From: an uncultured Chloroflexia bacterium
GTDB taxonomy: Bacteria > Chloroflexota > Anaerolineae > JAAYZQ01
Direction: 5' to 3'
Length of the DNA stretch: 64,000 bases
NCBI GenBank assembly: GCA_963700285.1
Contig: CAVOXA010000010.1
Span: 64,001-128,000 of the forward strand
Part shown: in pieces, positions 59,741 to 64,000 of the stretch
Position numbering within the stretch: the stretch's first letter is position 1
Layout: each line of letters starts with the position of its first letter
Made by a program: the position numbers and the translations under genes
The notes under the pieces: generated by a model
Seen by the model: only the letters and a program-made list of their open reading frames with translations
Told to the model about the DNA's origin: nothing
The model's database searches: none

Positions 59741-61189
59741 ATGCCTATCATTGAGATTCTTTACGCGGTCTGTGCAATCCTGCTCGGCCTGTACGGCCTG
59801 AACAACCTGATATTGACCGGGATCTACCTGCGGCACCGCAACGATCCTGTGCCAGAGCCCCCGGCGCCAGCAGACTGGCCCCTGGTCACAGTTCAACTCC
59901 CCATTTACAATGAACTGCACACCGCCGAGCGGCTGCTGACCACCGTGGCGGCCCTGGACTATCCGCGCCACCGGCTGGAGATCCAGGTACTGGACGATTC
60001 CACCGATGCCACCCGTGAACTGGCGGCCCGCGTCGTCAAAGGTCTCCGAAACCAGGGCATTGACATCGTCCATGTTGTACGGCAGGATCGGTCGGGCTTC
60101 AAGGCGGGGGCGCTAGCGGCTGGCATGGACCGGGCCAGGGGCGAACTGATCGCCATCTTTGACGCCGACTTTATGCCGGCAAGCGACTTTTTGCGGCGGG
60201 TGGTGCCCCACTTTGCCGATCCTGCCGTAGGCTGCGTCCAGACCCGTTGGGGCCACGTCAACCGCGACTATTCGGCTTTTACCCAGACCCAGGCCCTGGG
60301 CGTCGATGGGCATTTTGTCGTCCAACAGGCGGCGCGGGGCCAGGCCGGGCTGTTTCTCAACTTTAACGGTACGGCTGGCGCTTGGCGGCGGGCCTGTATT
60401 GAGGATGCCGGCGGCTGGCAGGGAGATACGCTCACCGAGGACCTGGATCTCAGCTACCGCGCCCAATTGCGCGGCTGGCGGATCGCCTATCTACCAGAGG
60501 TCGTCGTTCCCGCAGAGTTACCGGCCCAGATCAGCGCCTTCAAACGGCAGCAGGCCCGCTGGGCCCAGGGCAGCATCGAGACAGCAAGAAAGCTCATAGG
60601 CCCCCTGCTCCGTTCCGGCCAGCCCCGGCATGTCAAGTTGGAGGGCGTTCTGCACTTGACCGGGTACCTGGTCCACCCCCTCATGCTGTCGATCATCTTG
60701 CTCACCTTCCCCATGAGCTTCTCCCGCAGTTGGGTTGTGCTGGGCATCCCCTGGCTGATGGTCACCGCTGCGGGTCCTCCCCTGTTATACATTGTGGCCC
60801 AGACCGGTGGTGGCACAGAATCACGCCGTCGCCTACGATTCCTGCCCCTATTGGTCATGTTGGGCATGGGCTTGAGCCTGAGCAATACGGGGGCCGTGCT
60901 ACGGGGGGCGCTGGGAATCACCCGAAGCTTCCAGCGCACGCCCAAGTTTGACCTGCAGCAGTCAGCGGATGCCTGGGTCGGCAGCGCCTATGCCCTGAGG
61001 GGAGACTGGCTGGTCCTGGGTGAGGCGGCGCTGGCCATCATGGTCCTGCTGATGTTTGCCATGCCCAACATCCGTTGGACCTTTGTGCCCTGGTTGCTCC
61101 TGTACGCCGGCGGCTTTGGCTATGTGGCCGCCATTAATCTCCACCAGACCCACCAATTGCGCCGATGGCTGGCCAAGCAGCCCAGATGA
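59741..61189 (+). CDS. Processive GT2 glycosyltransferase (cellulose synthase-like/CslA type)
   Basis: VQLPIYNE, DDSTD, KAGAL, FDAD, TEDLD, QQARW. Confidence 0.9.
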   Translation: MPIIEILYAVCAILLGLYGLNNLILTGIYLRHRNDPVPEPPAPADWPLVTVQLPIYNELHTAERLLTTVAALDYPRHRLEIQVLDDSTDATRELAARVVKGLRNQGIDIVHVVRQDRSGFKAGALAAGMDRARGELIAIFDADFMPASDFLRRVVPHFADPAVGCVQTRWGHVNRDYSAFTQTQALGVDGHFVVQQAARGQAGLFLNFNGTAGAWRRACIEDAGGWQGDTLTEDLDLSYRAQLRGWRIAYLPEVVVPAELPAQISAFKRQQARWAQGSIETARKLIGPLLRSGQPRHVKLEGVLHLTGYLVHPLMLSIILLTFPMSFSRSWVVLGIPWLMVTAAGPPLLYIVAQTGGGTESRRRLRFLPLLVMLGMGLSLSNTGAVLRGALGITRSFQRTPKFDLQQSADAWVGSAYALRGDWLVLGEAALAIMVLLMFAMPNIRWTFVPWLLLYAGGFGYVAAINLHQTHQLRRWLAKQPR

Positions 61190-62648
61190 GCACCAGGTAC
61201 AAGGGTACGTATTCCACAAGTCGAACCGCGTCATACTCGCGCGGGTTGGCCGGGTCCTGGTAGGTCAGGTAGGACAGGGCCACAACGGCGGAAAAATAGA
61301 TGCCCGGCAGGAGAAAGCGGCTGATTCTGCTGTCTTCCGAGCGCGTGGGAGTGAGAAAAGGCAACAGAGGGATGAGCAAGGTCACGTACCAGGGATGGAC
61401 CGTCGTCGCCAGGAGCAGATAGGCAGCCAGGGGGACAATAGCCAGTCTCAGGAGGGCCAAATTGCCATCACAGCGGCGGCTCCAGCGCCAGACGCCCGCC
61501 AGCACCAAACCCAGCATGCCCAGCGAGAGCAGCTTCGCAGTCCGGATCGGCCCAGGCCCGACAGCCTCCAGCGGTACGGCCCCTGGCGTTGGGTAGCCAG
61601 AGATCGCCACCTCCAGCCAATGATACAGCCCGCCATTATAGTTCCAATAGGTGCTATAAATGCGGATTGCACCAAATAGCCCTGTACCATCCAGCGGGCC
61701 CAGCAGGCCCCATCCTCCGCCCAGGGCAAAAGCAGCGCTGATCGCCACGACCAGCCCACCGTAAACCAGCACATAGCGCCAACCCCAACGCCGGCCTACC
61801 ACCGGCAGCAGCAGTGCCGGCAGAACTTTTGTCAGCGTCGCCGCAGCCAGCGCCACCACCGATAGCAGGCGCGAGTGCGCGGATACAAAGGGCCGGCGGT
61901 CCCCTGTGGCCGGCACGACGAGAGCCCACAGCGCGGCCATCATCAGGCAGATCATCAGCGCATCCACGACATGGGCGCCATGGGCGAACTCTACGACGAC
62001 CAGAGGGTTCCACAGGTAGATGAGCACCCGCGTGCCTGGCAGCCCGAGCCGGCGCAGCAGATCCATCACCAACGCACCCGTCAGCAGGTCCAGGAGTACG
62101 GCAGTGACCTGGAAAGCCAGGGCACTGCCGGGGACCAGGCGGTACACGGCGGCGAAAAGCGCCTGGGCTGCCGGCAAGTACGGCGAGGCCATCCAGTTAT
62201 TGTTTACTAGGGTCCGTTGGGGCGAATCAAGGGCATCGAGCAGCGGAGAATTCACCGGCAGCGCGTAGGGGCTTATGCCGGCGTTGGCCAGCCGGCCATC
62301 CCAGATGTAGCGCCAGATATCGTCGGACAGCGTGGGCATGGTGAACAACAACGTGGTACGAAAGACCAGCCCCAGGCCCCAGATGAGAAAGAGCGCCCTC
62401 CGCCGCTCCGGCTGTCGCAGCGACCACCAGACGGCCAGCCCGTAGAACACAAAAGCAGCCGCATACAGCCCCAGAAAGGGCACCGTCCGCTGCCGTAGGT
62501 TCCCCTGGGTGACCATGCCAGCGAAGCACACTTCGACCGCCAGACCCAGCCCGGCAAGGATCCACGGGGCCCGGATCCCCCTAGCGCCTCGGAGATCCTC
62601 TACCTGTAGAGGGAGGCCACCCCGGGGCCCTTCAGATACCTGAAGCAT
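61134..62648 (-). CDS. Polytopic GT-C (GT87-like) glycosyltransferase
   Basis: SDDIWRYIWDG, NPL...E...AH, HPWY motifs; many TMs. Confidence 0.75.
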   Translation of the reverse strand: MLQVSEGPRGGLPLQVEDLRGARGIRAPWILAGLGLAVEVCFAGMVTQGNLRQRTVPFLGLYAAAFVFYGLAVWWSLRQPERRRALFLIWGLGLVFRTTLLFTMPTLSDDIWRYIWDGRLANAGISPYALPVNSPLLDALDSPQRTLVNNNWMASPYLPAAQALFAAVYRLVPGSALAFQVTAVLLDLLTGALVMDLLRRLGLPGTRVLIYLWNPLVVVEFAHGAHVVDALMICLMMAALWALVVPATGDRRPFVSAHSRLLSVVALAAATLTKVLPALLLPVVGRRWGWRYVLVYGGLVVAISAAFALGGGWGLLGPLDGTGLFGAIRIYSTYWNYNGGLYHWLEVAISGYPTPGAVPLEAVGPGPIRTAKLLSLGMLGLVLAGVWRWSRRCDGNLALLRLAIVPLAAYLLLATTVHPWYVTLLIPLLPFLTPTRSEDSRISRFLLPGIYFSAVVALSYLTYQDPANPREYDAVRLVEYVPLYLVLIWAAWPAIGAIGGSGGD

Positions 62649-62663
62649 GGGCTTTTTGCGCCA

Positions 62664-64000
62664 TCACCTCGGTACTTCCTCACGAAACACGGGAGCCAGC
62701 ATCTGGTCCACCGGCGCGTACCGGTCTGTGAGCGTCACCGCAAGACCTTCGGCCAGCAGGGCTTCGAGCTCATCAGCGTTGAGCACCTGATTCGCCAGGA
62801 GCGTAACGCCGTCGCCCGCGTCAAACGCCGGAAGGGCAGCCCGGTCCAGAGGCACATCACTGGCAATAATCACAAAGGTGCTGCGCGTCGTTCGGCGCCA
62901 GGCCTCGATGGCGGGCGCCAGGTAGACGTGACGGAAGGTCTGTTGCAAGGTGCGGACATAGGCACGCAGGAAACGCCCTCGGGGGCCGTCGACGATATTG
63001 ACTACGTACAAGCCATCGTCCGCCAGCCATGCCCGGACCCGGTCGTTGAACTCCTTGGTAGTCAAGTGGTAGGGCACCGAAAAGTCATTGAAGGCATCGC
63101 CCATAATCAGGTCATACACGGTCACCGGCTCCCGCTCCAGGTAGAGGCGAGCATCCTCGTTGTAGCTCACGACCTCCGTGTCGCGCTCCAGTCCCAGGTA
63201 ATCGTACGCCACCTCGGTGACCCCGGGATCAATTTCGATGACGTGGACGTCGCTGCCTGGATAAGTGGCCTCCATATACTTGGGAAAAGTATACCCTCCG
63301 CCTCCGATAAAGAGCGCTCGCATGTGGTCATCCTGACTGGCCCGGTAGGCGGTGGCCTCGGCATACATCTGTTCGTAGCCATAGACCAACTTTGTTGGAT
63401 CATCCAGCGAAGTATAACTATGGACCAGCCGATCCAGTGTCAGGACACGGACAGGCTGGCCATCCCGCTCCTGTTCGTGGACCTTGATGCAAAAGTAGTT
63501 GGTCTCGCGCGTACAGGGGGCGTGCAACCACTCCAGATTGGCAGCCACTACCGTGCCGCCAGCCAGAATCAAGGCGGCCAACAGCAACCACAGGGGGCGG
63601 CGGCCCACCAGAAACAACAGGCCCAGCACGAGCAGGACCACCGCCACACCCCAAACGATAGCATGGGTACCCAACCATGAGATCAACAAAAAGCCGGTGG
63701 CAAAGGTCCCCACGATGCTGCCCACAGTACTGGCAGCATAGATGCTGCCCACCGTCCTACCCGTTTTGCTCAAGTCGTGCACGGCCAGCTTGGCCACAAC
63801 AGGCGAAACAGTCCCCAGGATCAAGCTGGGGACAAAGAACAACGCCGCAACCAAGATCAGGATCTGGATGATGATCGGCCAGTCGCCCGGCGTCAGCTTT
63901 CCCAGCACATCCACCGCCAAGATGCCAAAGGAGGACAGGCCGGCCAACACAAAGATGCTGCCCAGCATCTGCAAAGAAGCCCATCGGTCTCCCAGCCTCC
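62664..64000 (-). CDS. Fused membrane domain/spermidine synthase-like protein (5' end outside window)
   Basis: G.IYA.STVGSIVGTF, IGGGGY, EIDP.V, EDAR, D.I.GDAF, LTD.YAPV. Confidence 0.85.
   Translation of the reverse strand, partial: RLGDRWASLQMLGSIFVLAGLSSFGILAVDVLGKLTPGDWPIIIQILILVAALFFVPSLILGTVSPVVAKLAVHDLSKTGRTVGSIYAASTVGSIVGTFATGFLLISWLGTHAIVWGVAVVLLVLGLLFLVGRRPLWLLLAALILAGGTVVAANLEWLHAPCTRETNYFCIKVHEQERDGQPVRVLTLDRLVHSYTSLDDPTKLVYGYEQMYAEATAYRASQDDHMRALFIGGGGYTFPKYMEATYPGSDVHVIEIDPGVTEVAYDYLGLERDTEVVSYNEDARLYLEREPVTVYDLIMGDAFNDFSVPYHLTTKEFNDRVRAWLADDGLYVVNIVDGPRGRFLRAYVRTLQQTFRHVYLAPAIEAWRRTTRSTFVIIASDVPLDRAALPAFDAGDGVTLLANQVLNADELEALLAEGLAVTLTDRYAPVDQMLAPVFREEVPR

Overview
GC-rich (~60%) bacterial chromosomal segment. 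Gene content and protein style suggest Chloroflexota/Anaerolineae (inference). The left edge holds the 3' end of an IS110-family recombinase followed by a ~400-nt structured non-coding end. That end contains a loop complementary to the DNA just beyond the putative element boundary, making it a bridge-RNA/seekRNA candidate. The rest mixes housekeeping genes (menA-like, rnhA, fabH, rplI, dcd, panBEC, recR, ybaB, dnaX) with accessory modules. These include two histone-deacetylase-family genes, two anaerobic sulfatase maturases, a clostripain-family peptidase, a DUF2089/SHOCT-like operon with MFS pumps, a two-component system with msrPQ, an ArsR-cadA metal efflux pair and two tandem poly-zinc-ribbon proteins. 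A DoxX-radical SAM-DoxX-(YeeE/TusA remnant) cluster has a radical SAM gene ending in TGA-GGC-TGA plus a SECIS-like hairpin, a candidate C-terminal Sec-Gly selenoprotein. Several genes are in-frame deletion remnants, and msrP and panB each carry a single-base frameshift. No rRNA, tRNA or CRISPR array was recognised. All family calls come from motif recognition; no database searches were run.
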